A DNA stretch of 64,000 nucleotides from the human T2T-CHM13v2.0 reference genome, Homo sapiens: assembly GCF_009914755.1 (NCBI RefSeq), contig NC_060926.1, one strand, 5' to 3'. Both the position numbers and the translations under genes were made by a program. The first letter of the stretch is position 1, and the number at the start of each line of letters is the position of its first letter. The notes under the pieces were generated by a model that was not told the DNA's origin, ran no database searches, and was given only the letters and a program-made list of their open reading frames with translations. Shown one piece after another: positions 46,705 through 58,944 of the stretch.

Positions 46705-48345
46705 CTCTTTTTCTTTTAATTGTGGCAAAATATGCATATAAAATTTACTGTCTTAACCATCTTTAAATACACAGTTCAGTGACATTAACTATATTTACAT
46801 TGCTAAGTAACCAATCTCTAGGAATTTTTCATCTTGAAAAACTAAAACTCTATATTCATTAAACAAACCTGTATTAACCCCTCTTTTCAGCCCCTGGAAA
46901 CTAGCATTCTACTTTCTATTTCTGTGAATTAGATTACTTTAGACACTTATGTAACTGGAGTCATACAGTATGTGTCTTTTCATGACTGACTTATTTCACT
47001 TAGTATAATGTCTTCGGGTTTTATCCATGTTGTAGTAGGTGACGGGATTTCCTTCCCTTTTAAGGCTGAATAACATTCCACTGAATGTACATACAATATT
47101 TTCTTTATCTTTATTCCACTGAATATACATCCCACATTTTCTTTATCTTTATTCCACTGATTAATATTCTACTGAATGTACATACCACATTTTCTTCATC
47201 TTTATTCATTAGTCAGTGAATATTTGTGCTGCTTCTACCTCTTCACTATTGTGAATAATGCTGCTATTAACATGGCTGTACAAATATCTCTTTGAGACCC
47301 TGCTTTCAAGTATTTTGGATGTATACCTGGAAGTGGAATTGCTAAATCATATGGTAATTCTACTTTTAATTTTTTAAGGAAACACCACACTTTTTTTATC
47401 TCTAGTAGCTGCACTATTTTACATTCCTACCAGTAGTACATAAAGATACCAATGTTTCCACATCCTCACCAACACTTGTTATATTCTGAGATTTTTCTCA
47501 TTTTTTTTGTTTTGTTTTGTTTGATAATAACCATCCTGTTAAGTACAAAGTCATATCTAATTATGGGCTTGATTTGCATTTCCACAAAGATTAGTGATGT
47601 TGAGCATCTTTCATACGTATTCAGGCCACTCATATATCCTCTTTGAAGAAACGTCTATATTAAGTTCTTGTCCCATTTTTTATTTGGGTTGTTTTATTGT
47701 TGTTGAGTTGTTGAAGTTCTTTATATATTATATTTTGGTTTTTAACCCTTTATCAGATATATAATTGCAAATATTGTCTCCCACCCCATAGGTTGCCTTT
47801 TCACAGTGTTAATTGTGATCTTGGATGAACAGAAAGTTTTAATTTTGATGTGGTTAAATTTACCTAGTTTTACTTCTGCTGCCTGTGCTTCCAAAAAATC
47901 ATTGCCCAGACCAATGTCATGGAGATTTTCCCATATGTTTTCTTCTAGTAGTTTTAAAGTTTCATGTCTCATAGTTAACTCTCAAATGGATTTTGAGTTG
48001 ATTTGCATATATAGTATGAGATAAGGTTCTAATCTCATTCTTCTGCATGTGGATATCCAGTTTTCCCAACACCATTTGTTGGACAAACTATACTTTCCCC
48101 CTTGAATGATCTTGGCACCCTTGTCAAAAATAAGTTGACTGTATACGCAAGGGCTTATTCCTGATATCTATTATATTCTACTGGTCTAGATGTCTATCTT
48201 TATGCCAGTATCACACTGTTTTGATTATTGTAGCTTTGTTATAAGTTTTGAAATAAGGAAATATGAGACCTGCAAATGTGTTCCTTTTCTTTAAGACTGC
48301 TTTGGCTATTCAGGGTCTCTTGCAAACTTACATAAATTTTTGAGT
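46705..48345 (-). mobile_element. L1MA9/L1MB-type 3' portion
   Basis: TTTTAATTGTGGCAAAATATGCATATAAAATTTACTGTCTTAACC...GGATATCCAGTTTTCCCAACACCATTTGTT...TTTGGCTATTCAGGGTC. Confidence 0.88.
47075..47207 (+). repeat. 38-bp tandem repeat (3 full copies plus a partial) within L1
   Basis: ATTCCACTGAATGTACATAC(A/C)A(T/C)ATTTTCTTTATCTTT at 47075, 47113, partial 47151, and 47166. Confidence 0.9.
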
Positions 48346-50089
48346 GAATATTTTCTGGAATTTTTATTTGAATTATAAATTTCCAAAACAAAAATCAAAA
48401 CAAAAGCAAAAGGTTTTTTTGGTTTTTTGGTCTCAATTAAGGAATTAGTTGGGGTGGCTTGTAATTCTCAAAGTAAAAAGATATACATTTTAATTACTGT
48501 ATAAACATTTTTTAAAATCCAAATGTTAAATACAATTAAACTATTAGGAAGATTTGTTCTCTTTCCCAGGTTTCTGATTTTTTTCCTTTTCCTGTACCTC
48601 AAGCTCTATATTATGACACAAAAATATGTAATGCTAACTGCATCCTTTCTGCTTCATTAAAAAAGAAAAGAGAGAAATGTAAATGTTCTAAAGTACTGTC
48701 AATTCAGATGTATCAATTAGGTTTGGAAATGTGAAAGGAGTTAAATCTTAAAATAGAGGAAAAAATAAAAATAAGGAAACCCCTTTAATAATAAAAATCT
48801 AAAAGCTAAATTTTCTCAGTGAAAGATTTACTTAAAGTAAAATATGTATGTGTTACTAAGATGAACTCTGATTTATTACTGAATGCTGTATATGATTTCC
48901 CTTTGCATTTTACCATTGTATATATATTAGCATTGTTTTCTATGCATTATTTATGTATCACCTGTGTGATTACTTAAAATATTAAAGAGGAAGGACATGA
49001 GAGATCCTGGCAATGTAACATTATGCTTCAGTATCATGTTAACAGAGCGGAAAGGATTATGCAAATATTCATTTCCCAAGAAGGGCTCTTATTTCATTTG
49101 TAAAATAAGTTTCTCAGTCAAAAGAAATGTGGGGAGGGGCAAAGAAATGGCTAAGACTTAACTGTATGTATTTCACCTGCCAGTCAAATCTAATTCTTTT
49201 ATTCTTACACAGACACATAAATGAAGAGCCTTTGCTTAGTGCTGCCACTGTTAAGAGTGCTTGCGCCTTAACAGAAACCAAAGGCAAGAATTACAGGAAG
49301 GATCATATTTCAGCACTAGAATTTAGAAGAGACAAAATAAAATAATCTTATCTTTGGAAATATAAGGTTCCTTACAGCCTGAACCATACATAAAACATGA
49401 ATCCCCTCTACCTCACTTTATCTAAGGAATAAGAAGGAATACATGATAAAACAAGCTCTGTTTCCTTTTAGCATGGAAACTTTAGAAAACATAATAAAGT
49501 ACAAATTGGTGCTAAGATTTTTGACACTTTTATAAACATTCAATCTGCCAAGGATACCAACTACTGTGATTTACATGACCCCAAGACATTAGCCCAAAAA
49601 TGCACAGTACATAGGAGTTGGGGAAGGAGACTGAATGACCTCAAAGAAATAGTCACTGGCTGACATCCCAAGAATCAAAAAGCCAAGCAGTGAGGATCAG
49701 AGGGTGTCCCAAATTAGTCTGGTTTTTAAGAGGAATCATCAATCAGAGCTATTAATAAGATACAGCCCTATTAAGCCATCCCATGAATAGGACCAGGAAC
49801 AATGATACCATCGTCATTTTTCAGATAATCTGAGTTGATCATGTTAAACTATTCTAGTCCCTGACCCTCAACAGTAAAGGCCTGCTCCACCTGATTCTTC
49901 CTCCACATTCAAACTCTATTCCAAGAATAGGTGAATATAGCTCTTTCTAGGCCAAGCATTACATCAGGCTCAATGGAATGTGGGGGGCTAGGGTAGAAGG
50001 TAAAGTCTTTGTGTGTGAGTGGAGGGAAAGAAATGTAGAGGTAGAAGAAGTTCTGCTTATTAAAAGACATCATTAAAAAAGTGAAAATT

Positions 50090-50232
50090 TGAGGAGGGGG
50101 GAGGGAGAAAGAAAAGAGGAAGAAGAAGGGAGAAAGTGTGGGGAAAGAAAGAAAAAAAGAGAGAGAGAGGAATGGGGTCCATGGAGGAGACAGAGAATGA
50201 TAGAGAGATACTTGAGAAAGGTTAGAAAGTTA
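50090..50232 (+). repeat. GA-rich low-complexity tract
   Basis: Purine-dominated GAGG/GAAA/AGAG runs. Confidence 0.8.
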
Positions 50233-50763
50233 GAGAAATTTTTTATTTTATTTTTTAAATTGACATGTAATAATTGTACATATTTTTAAGGGTATATCAT
50301 GATGTTTCAACACCTACAATGGGTAGTGATTAGATCCGGATAGTTAGCATATCTATCATCTCAAACATTTATTTGCATTAGAAACATTCCACAACCTCTT
50401 TATAGTCATTCAAAATTATACGATATATTAACTACCATCATTTTACAGTTTTATAGAAAACTAGCACTTATTCCTCCTGTAGGTAATTTTGTATATTTTA
50501 ATAAATCTCTTTCTACTATCCCCTTTCCTCTACCCTCTTCACCCTCTACTATCCCCTCACCTACTTTTTACTTTTATGAGATAAGCTTTTTTTTAGCTTC
50601 CACATATGAGTAAAAACATGGTCTTTAACTTTCTTTTTCTAGCTTATTTCACTTAATGTAATGTCCTCCAGTTTCATTCATGTTGCTGTGAATAACAGGA
50701 TTACATTTTTTATGGCTAAATAGTACTCCATTGTGTATGTATGCCACATTTCCTTTATACATT

Positions 50764-51088
50764 TGAGATTGGGTAATTTATAAATAAAAGAGGTTTAATT
50801 GACTCACAGTTTCACATGCCTGGAGAGGCCTCTGGAAACCTATAATTATAGTGGAAGGTGAAAGAAAGCAAGCACCTTCTTCACAAGGTGGCAGGAGAGA
50901 AAGAAAGAGCAAGGAAATGCCACACTTAAAACCATCAGCTCTCATGAGGACTCCCTCACTATCACAAGAACAGCATGGAGGAAACCACCCCCATGATCAA
51001 ATCACCTCCTACCAGGTCCCTCCCTTAACACGTGAGGATTAAAATTTGAGATGAGATTTGGGTGGGGACACAGAGCCAAACCATACCA
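50764..51088 (-). mobile_element. MSTA/THE1-like LTR (one end clipped)
   Basis: GAGATTGGGTAATTTATAAATAAAAGAGGTTTAATTGACTCACAG...GGGGACACAGAGCCAAACCATACCA. Confidence 0.85.
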
Positions 51089-51254
51089 AACCCCTAGGTT
51101 AATTCCATATGTTGGCTATTGTGAATAATGATGCAATAATTACAAGGCGGTGCTGATATTTCTTCAATGTACGGATTTCCTTTCCTTTGGATAAATACTC
51201 AGTGTTGGATCATATGGTTGTTCTATTTGTAGTTTTTTGGAGGATCCTCCATGC

Positions 51255-51699
51255 TGTCTTCATCCTTTTAGTGTTGCTAAAAAGGAATAACTCAGGCTGG
51301 GTAATTGATGAATAAAAGAGGTTTATTTGGCTCATGGTTCTGCAGGCCATACAAGAAGCATGGCACCAACATCCACACCTGATGAAGACCTCAGGAGTCT
51401 TCCAATCATGGCAGAAGGGAAGGGGAGCCAGGCATGTGCAGATATCACATGACGAGACAGAAATCGAGAGAGAGAGAAGGGAAGTGCCAAACATTTTAAC
51501 AACCAGTTCTCGTGTGAAATAATAGAATGTTAACTCTATAATAATAGAATGTTAACTCATTTAACCTCCAACCCCCATAAATCCCTATTTATGAGGGATC
51601 CACCCCATGATCCAAACACCTTCCACTAGACCCCCACCTCCAACATTGAGATCAAATTTCAACATGAGGTTTGAGGAAACAAACATCCAAACTACAGCA
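51255..51699 (-). mobile_element. MSTB-like solo LTR with a 22-bp-period tandem duplication (51518-51558)
   Basis: TGTCTTCATCC...GAGGTTTATTTGGCTCATGGTTCTGCAGG...AACATCCAAACTACAGCA. AATAATAGAATGTTAACTC occurs twice. Confidence 0.85.
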
Positions 51700-51998
51700 C
51701 ATAAAATCCCCCAAGTGGCTGTACTAGTTTATATTCTGATCAACAGTGTATAAGATTTTTTTCTTCTACATTTTCACTAACATCTGTTTTTATTTGTTTG
51801 TTTCTTTGTTTTGTTTTTGTTTTTGTTTTTGTCTTTTTGGTAATAGCCATCCTAACTGGGGTGAGATAATATCTCATTGTGGTTTTGATCTTCATTTCCC
51901 TGATGATTAGTTATGTTGAACTTTTTTTTATATTTCATGACCATTTTTATGTTTTCTTTTCAGAAATGCTGTTCAGGTCATTTGCTCATTTTTTAATC

Positions 51999-52032
<34 letters not shown>

Positions 52033-53585
52033 AGATGTTTGAGTTCCTTGCATATTCTGGATATTAATCTCCTGTCAGATAAATAGTTTGCAAGAGAGAG
52101 CAAGAAGATATTTTCCCCAATTCTGTCAGTTACCTTTCCATCCTGTTGTTTCCTTTGTTGTGCAGAAACTTTTTAGTTTGATATAATTTCATTTGTTTAT
52201 TTTGACTTTTTTGCTGTGATTTTGAGGTCTTGTTTATAAAATCTTTTCCCAATGTCCTAAAGTGTTTCCTCTATGTTTTCTTCTAGTAGTTTTATAGTTT
52301 TAGGTCTTACATTTAGGTCTTTATTTTGAGTTGATTTTTGTATAGGTTGAAAGACGAGGGTCTAGTTTTATTCTTCTGCTATGGATATCCAGTTTTCCCA
52401 GCACCATGTATTTAAGGTGGCGTCCTTTCCCCCAATGAATCTTCTTGATGCCTTTGTCAAAAGTAAGTTGGCAGTAGATAGATGGATTAATTTCTGCATT
52501 CTCTATTCTGTTCTATTTGGTCTATGTGTCTGTTTTTATGCCAGAACCATGCTGTTTTGTATACTATGGCCTTGCAGTGTATTTTGAAGTCTGGTAGTGA
52601 TGCCTCCAGCTTTGTTCTTTTTGCTCAGGAAGTCAAAAATTGTCTCTGTTGCAGATGACATAAGCTTATATACAGAAAACATGAAGACTCTATCACAAAA
52701 CTCTTAGATAAAGAAATTCCATAATGTTAAGGATACTAAATCAACATACAAAAATCAGTAGCATGTATATACACTGACAGTGAACTAGCTGAAAAAGGAA
52801 TCAAGAAAGCAATCCCATTTACAATAGCTACAACAAATAAATGAATAAAATATACATCAAGGAGATGAAAGACCTATACAAGGAAAGCTACAAAACACTT
52901 ACGAAAGAAATTGAAGTGGATATAAACAAATCTAATGACATCACATGCTCGTGAATTGTAAGAATTAAAATTGTTAAAATGATCATACTACCTAAAGAAA
53001 TGTATAAAGTCAATGCAATCACTATCAAAATATCAATGACATTCTTCTTAGACATAGAAAAAAATCCTAAATTTCAAATGGAGCCATAGAAGACCTTAAA
53101 TAGTCATAGCAATCAGGATGTGGGAGAAATCTTTAAAAGTCGGCTTTCAAGAAGTCTTTTACCCTTAGCTGAGCGCTGGCCAGAAAAAAAAAAAAAGTTT
53201 TATTTTCTTTCATATTTGTTTACAGCTTCGTACTTTTTACAACACTTTAAGAAAAAGATTGGGGGTGGGTAGATTCAGGGTGCAAAAAATTGACAGTATG
53301 TGTTTGGCTCTCTCCAACTGAATAATGGAATCTTAGACCCCATCTGTTTTTCTCCTGCATTTTTCAGCAGATATTTCAGAACTGTCAGCCATTCTTTTGT
53401 ATCTTGGAGTATAGTACAGTGGTATCAACAAACCATCCCACCCAGTCACTCAGGCTGCCCAGAGTCTCTGTTGATGGTGCCACATGGCAGGTGCTTAGCT
53501 GAATATTGAAACTGGGCAGGCCTGTCCTTGTAGTCCAAGTCTGAAAATGATATCTTTCTTTTTCCTCACCTGATTTCCTATTAAG

Positions 53586-53724
53586 ATCTAATAGCTAGCA
53601 AGACTCCTAGTCTCTCTGGGAGATAGACTCAGTCACATTACTGAAGTCCGCTGGAAATGTGACACTAATGACAAGCAGGAACTTTATAGCTCCCATTTTC
53701 CTTTGCTGACATTACAAATGTAAA
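53586..53724 (+). repeat. Copy 1 of a 139-bp local duplication
   Basis: 136/139 identical to 54818-54956. Confidence 0.95.
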
Positions 53725-54449
53725 TACAGAAAATGCTTCCCAGGGTCTCAAGCCTGGCTGTTAAACACAGTTTGGTTGATGCCTCTCTCCAATTTCTAGC
53801 ATTCTACCACACTTACGGGGGGTGTTCAAGCATTCTCCACCCTTGCACTGTCACACAGAGCCCTAGAGGCTTATGTAGGCCACTCTTGGGAGTCTTACTC
53901 TCTCTTGGAAACTGGTCTTCTCCCTTTATCTTCCAATCTTTCAGTGTTCTCTGAATCCCACTTGCAGCCTCAACTTCATTTCTCTTAAACTGGTGTTGCT
54001 ATTGTTGTTTGGGTTTAAGGACATCCTTTTGCTAGGTCCATGCCATTTGATTCCCTTAAGAAATTTGTGGAAGAGCTGAATTACTAGTATTATTGCCCTC
54101 TTACAGAGTTGAAAACTGAAACATCAAAAGACCAAGTAATCTATGTAAGGCACATTAAATGGCTTACAAAATGAGATAGCAAATGAATGGATGAATAAAT
54201 AATAGAATAACTGTCTAAAGTGGTAGGGAGACACAACCAGATCTCCGATTTCCTAGCACCTAGCCCACTCACTTCCCACTGATGTACAGAATTAAAATAT
54301 CCTCTTACAGCACCTGTGGATTCCAATAACATCTCAAAGGACTGTGCAAGTGAAGGAAAAAAAGAATCTGTACAGCACTGTCAAGATAATAAAATGTTTT
54401 GCTATTATATATCCTATACCCTTTTACTATTACGGCACTTCCTGGGCAC

Positions 54450-54580
54450 ATTAGATCCATTTTAAAACAAGAAACTGAGGCCTAGAGAGGTTAAGTAGTC
54501 TGCCTAAGTGAACACAGATGACTGTGATAGAGCTGAGATTTCAACACAGATCTTCTGATTCTAGGTCCAGTATTTTTTCA
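54450..54580 (-). mobile_element. MIR fragment (a weaker one also lies at ~54050-54270)
   Basis: CCATTTTAAAACAAGAAACTGAGGCCTAGAGAGGTTAAGTAGTCTGCCTAAG...GAGCTGAGATTTCAAC is the antisense MIR core. Confidence 0.8.
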
Positions 54581-54817
54581 GTAATTAAAATAAAAATGTG
54601 GGTGTTCTCAACTCACTCATCTTCAAGACAAAACACATATTTTGTGGCTAATAAATAATTTAAATGCTTCAAATGACTTTGAATCTCTTGGAAAATCAGA
54701 CATACACACTTTTACCACAGTAGTCATATTGATTCCCCTGTAGGTCTTCTCTGTGCCCATCCTACAGACATTGTTGCTGGATCAGCCAGCATGAAGAATT
54801 TAGCATGAAAATGTAAA

Positions 54818-54956
54818 ATCTAATAGCTAGCAAGACTCCTAGTCTCCCTGGGAGATAAACTCAGTCACATTACTGAAGTCTGCTGGAAATGTGACACTAA
54901 TGACAAGCAGGAACTTTATAGCTCCCATTTTCCTTTGCTGACATTACAAATGTAAA
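54818..54956 (+). repeat. Copy 2 of the 139-bp local duplication, flanked by AAATGTAAAA direct repeats
   Basis: Direct comparison. Flanking repeats at 54809-54818 and 54948-54957. Confidence 0.95.
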
Positions 54957-55500
54957 ACCTCTCATTTCCCCAGAAGTTCATCTACTTGATCTATGCTGCT
55001 GAGCCTACATATTCTGTATCTCTTTGACAGCAGGAAAGATTCTGGCGAGACCAGTGGGCCTGTTCACCTTGCACAGGAATAACTTATTCCAGGACATAGA
55101 AGCCACCCTAATCTCCCCACCCCTTTTCCATCCAACACCCCATTCAGCATGCACTCACTTGCAAAGTCCAAAGACACTGTCAGCTGTAAGTGAGTCACTT
55201 ATTATATCATCAAGAATGTAAGAGGATAAACAAGCATCCTCTGAAACAAAAAAAGAAATTGGGCTGGAATATATTTAATGCATATGCTTAAAATTGGGAA
55301 AAACATGAGGTATTAGAAATAAAAAATACCATGGAAAGAAACTGCCACAACTCATAAAACTTAACTAACTGAGAACTTAATTGTCCATGAGAACTAACTC
55401 AGCCTGTATGCCCACCACTATTATAAATATTACTGGGGAAATAGCTACACTGAGTGAGAGGTGGGACAAAGGAGGGTGCTCTCTCGTTTGTCTCTTCTTT

Positions 55501-55518
55501 CCTGCCCCCTGCTGGCCC
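55501..55518 (-). promoter_or_regulatory. Candidate CTCF binding motif
   Basis: Minus strand GGCCAGCAGGGGGCAG matches the core CCASYAGRKGGCRS. Motif only; no binding data. Confidence 0.6.
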
Positions 55519-55543
55519 AGACGGAGTCTATTTAAGTTTGGGG

Positions 55544-55569
55544 AAAAAAAAAAAAAAAAAAAAAAAAAA
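55544..55569 (+). repeat. A26 homopolymer
   Basis: Direct count. Confidence 0.95.
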
Positions 55570-56809
55570 GCTACTTGTTTGCTGTAGTCTTCCCCAAATA
55601 GGGATGGGACAATATATATCCTGCTTTATCCTGTACACTTAATAAAGTACCAGGCACATGGTAGGAGCTCAATAATTACAACTGAATTAATGATATTTTC
55701 AGTTAGTCTCCCCTCTATGTTTTCATAACAGTTTGTATCAGAGCAGGCCATTCATATATCTCTGCTCTGGGTTTTGTTCTTTCTAATTCAATGGATTGAT
55801 AACTCTTAGAGCCATGTGAGGAATTCGTGTCTACTCATCTTGGTAACCCAGCATTTATCACGGCATTCTTAAAAAAAAAAATCTACACCTATTTCTTAAA
55901 TGGAACGGAAATAAATGACCTCTAAAGTAATTCAATTCTAACATTCTATTATATAAAGAAAACAAGTTCTTACAAAACACAATGCTTGAAAAGTACATAA
56001 TCTAGTTGAGAAGCAAGAGGAATACTGATTAGACGATTAGAGATGTTATGCAATTGCAACAACTGAATTGTAATTAGGCACTTGGTAATTTCAAAATTTT
56101 GTACCCTGCCATATTTAAACAAAGTCAATGGGAAACGAGATTCAGGAAGCTAACTATTTTAAATAAATTGAACACAGTATGTGTCCTAGAAGGGGATATT
56201 TGATACACAGTCTTTATGTCCCATTCACCTCACTCCCCAATCTTTCGTCTGATTAAAAATCCAAGTACACTTTTATTTTAAATTAGCTCTGAAGTTAACA
56301 GGAATTTTTCTATTACTGCAGGGGTCAGCTGGCAAGCAGCCATCAAAATTAAGAAGAGAGAACTGCAACTTATAGCTAATAGCAGCTAGTTGCATTGCCC
56401 TTGAAAATGGACCCTGAGGATCAGCAAAATTAAAGGGAGTGGAAGGTTTCAAGCCGTCAGCAATTTATACACTTCTCTATCCAGCTTGTTGGGTTACTGT
56501 ATTTCTACCTGTCATTAAAAATACGCTATTAAGCCACATCCCTCAAAGTGACAAACCTTCCCAAACAACTTGGGGTATCAGAACAATGGAAGAGAAGCGA
56601 TGCACTTAATTGAAAGAGGTTTACTGTAGCCAATAATCCCAAGGACTGATGTGATGCCTGTTCTCAGCAGACAGTTCCCAGAAGGTACTGGCGTTGGCAT
56701 TTAACCCCAAATTTACAGGCAGGCTCTTCATCTGGATCTCAACATTTCCTCATGTACAACTGAGACTCATGTGACATCTGTGGAATATGTAACTTGCCAA
56801 GAACAGGGA

Positions 56810-56970
56810 GAGGGACAGCTTCATGAGCATGCGACAGGTGCAGTTGCACAGTGTACCACGTTTGGTTTAAAGTTCTACTGTCACCGTCTTAAAGATCTGA
56901 ATACATTTTGAACAAGAGGCACCACATTTTTATTTTGTACTGGGCCCCCAAAATTATGTAGCTGATCCTG
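56810..56970 (+). mobile_element. MER45A-like hAT-Tip100 DNA transposon
   Basis: GAGGGACAGCTTCATGAGCATGCGAC...AAATTATGTAGCTGATCCTG. 8-bp TSD (A/G)ACAGGGA at 56802-56809 and 56971-56978. Confidence 0.85.
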
Positions 56971-57484
56971 GACAGGGAAAAGAGCCAACCATCTTGACTT
57001 TTTTTTGGAAGACTATTCAAGCTCCTTAGTATCTGGTCAGTAAGGGTTAAAGGTCCTAACAGCAAATAATTCAAACCTGAGAACATTGTGCTGGTCTCAG
57101 AAAGGAAATTAACCTCAGCAAACTTCTGGATGAGCTGCAGGGGACTTTCACAAACTCTCCTCTTGTACTCTGCTCCTGTACTCTCCCCCTGGGAAAACTG
57201 CATTTATTAGGATGGCTAATACTGTAACCTTGGGATGGTTGCTTTTGGTCACTAGGGTTTGTTAGTTCACTATTGCATTCAGAACACTTAAAGGCAAAGT
57301 TGTGATATTGATAGGGTGTGTTTGGATCCCCACTTCTCTTCCTATGCCCTGCCATCCCACTACTCCACCAAATCCCTATTCTTCCTTCTATTCCTTTTAC
57401 TCTAATTGTCCACTGTTCTCAACTTCTTTAGCCATCCAAGTCAAAGTGTGCTTTCAGTAAAGGGTCTGATTATTTCAAACAGAA

Positions 57485-57850
57485 TCAGTTAATTAGTTAA
57501 TACATGCAAAGTACATATAATAGTGCCTGAAATACAGTCACCATTTCGTAAGTGTTAGCTGTTGTTTTTATTGTCATTACTATATTATGTTAGTCTTATA
57601 AGGAATACACATTGTTTCTAGAAGTGTAGTGAGTATAAGGTAGCAGAAAAAGTGATGGAAATCAGGCAGTACTTGTTTAGATCATGTATCAGTAAATTCA
57701 CACCTAAGCCTCGGTTTTTTCAACTGTACAAAAGAGGATAGTAACCACCTTGTGGAATTTCCATGAAGTTTAAATGAAGACTATGAACAAGGTGGGTAGC
57801 ACACTTTGACTCATGGGAGGTGCTCAACTAAAGTACATTTCTATGAAGAA
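57485..57850 (+). mobile_element. MIR fragments
   Basis: ATAGTGCCTGAAATACAG; CCTAAGCCTCGGTTTTTTCAACTGTACAAAAGAGGATAGTAAC. Confidence 0.7.
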
Positions 57851-57965
57851 TTGCTACCATCTACAAGCATTAGCACTTTTACAAGGGTCAGAATTATAAA
57901 CTTCAAGGTTATGAGTAGAAATATATCCCAATGATGAAGAAACCATTAAAACATTTTTCCGTCAC

Positions 57966-58572
57966 TGAAGTGGCCACATTTTCTGGGGTATGTACCCTGG
58001 GGTTCGTTGTCACGTGCCAGGAAAATTTAGGACACAGACACACACGAGGAGTTTAGAAGCGGAGGTTTAATAGGTAGAAGAGAAGAGAAAGAGAAACAAT
58101 TCTCTCCGTAAACAAAGGGGTCTCCGATGGGAAAAGACCAGCTCCTGGTGAATGCTCCAAATTTTATAGTCCAGTTTGAGGCGGAGGCGTCTGATTTACA
58201 TAGGGCTCATAGATTGGTTCCATCAGGTATGACGTTTAGATAGCCTTCAGGGAAGGCTGGTCACCCCACCCTAATCTTATTATGCAAATGGACTTTCCAG
58301 TTGATTGGACCATCTTCTCCATCCCTTATAGTAAACGTGGCTAGCAGAGAAGGAAAGATGGAGCTGCCATCTTGAAAATATCCAGTCCTTAGTTCCTGCC
58401 ACATTTACTTGTGCAAGCTCCCAGCTTGTTTGTCTGTCTGCAGCTCCACTTTACAGGCTGTTCTTTGTTAGAAAATGATTTGGGGCTACTTTTCGTTAAA
58501 AAGAAAAGTCTTACCAAGGACTCCCATACCCTTACTATCTGCCTAAGTAATTTCTTCTTAACTCTTGTATCA
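57966..58572 (-). mobile_element. ERV1 solo LTR (LTR9-like)
   Basis: TG...CA termini. The minus strand begins TGATACAAGAGTTAAGAAGAAATTACTTAGGCAGATAG. Retains minus-strand CCAAT (~58213), TATAAAA (~58162-58168) and ATTAAA (~58066-58071), plus octamer ATGCAAAT (58282-58289). Confidence 0.8.
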
Positions 58573-58944
58573 TCGACACTCAAACCTGGACTTCTCCTGA
58601 CTTGTACTCATCCTTTAGATCCCAGTTTGGCAGGCACTTCCCCCAGGAAGTCTTCAGTGCTAGGAGTCCATGGAACCCTGTTGTACTCCTGCCATAGAAG
58701 AGCACAGCATTGTGGGTGATTTTTCACTTGCCTAACACCCTTTTTGATAATTAGCTCTTCGAGTTAGAAAATGTTCCTGCCTCTGTAGTACGTATAGTCA
58801 CAGCAATGTTTCCTATCCCACATGCTCTTCAAGAATGTTTCCATCTCCTCATCCAGAAGTCAAGTCTTTGTCTTCCTTTCTTAAATGGGTGAGCTTTTTT
58901 GACTGCTCCAACTAATAGAATACAATGGAACTTACTTCTATGTG

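Larger units (their letters stand above)
50244..53114 (-). mobile_element. L1MA (L1MA4-like), 5'-truncated with 5' inversion, carrying two MaLR LTRs
   Basis: Antisense 3' UTR/ORF2 from 50244 to 52630, then sense ORF2 from 52627 to 53114. Degenerate 20-bp TSD at 50224-50243 and 53115-53134. Confidence 0.88.

Noticed and set aside
47075-47207. CRISPR-like 38-bp repeats
   Set aside because: Head-to-tail without unique spacers, L1-derived, eukaryotic context, no cas genes.
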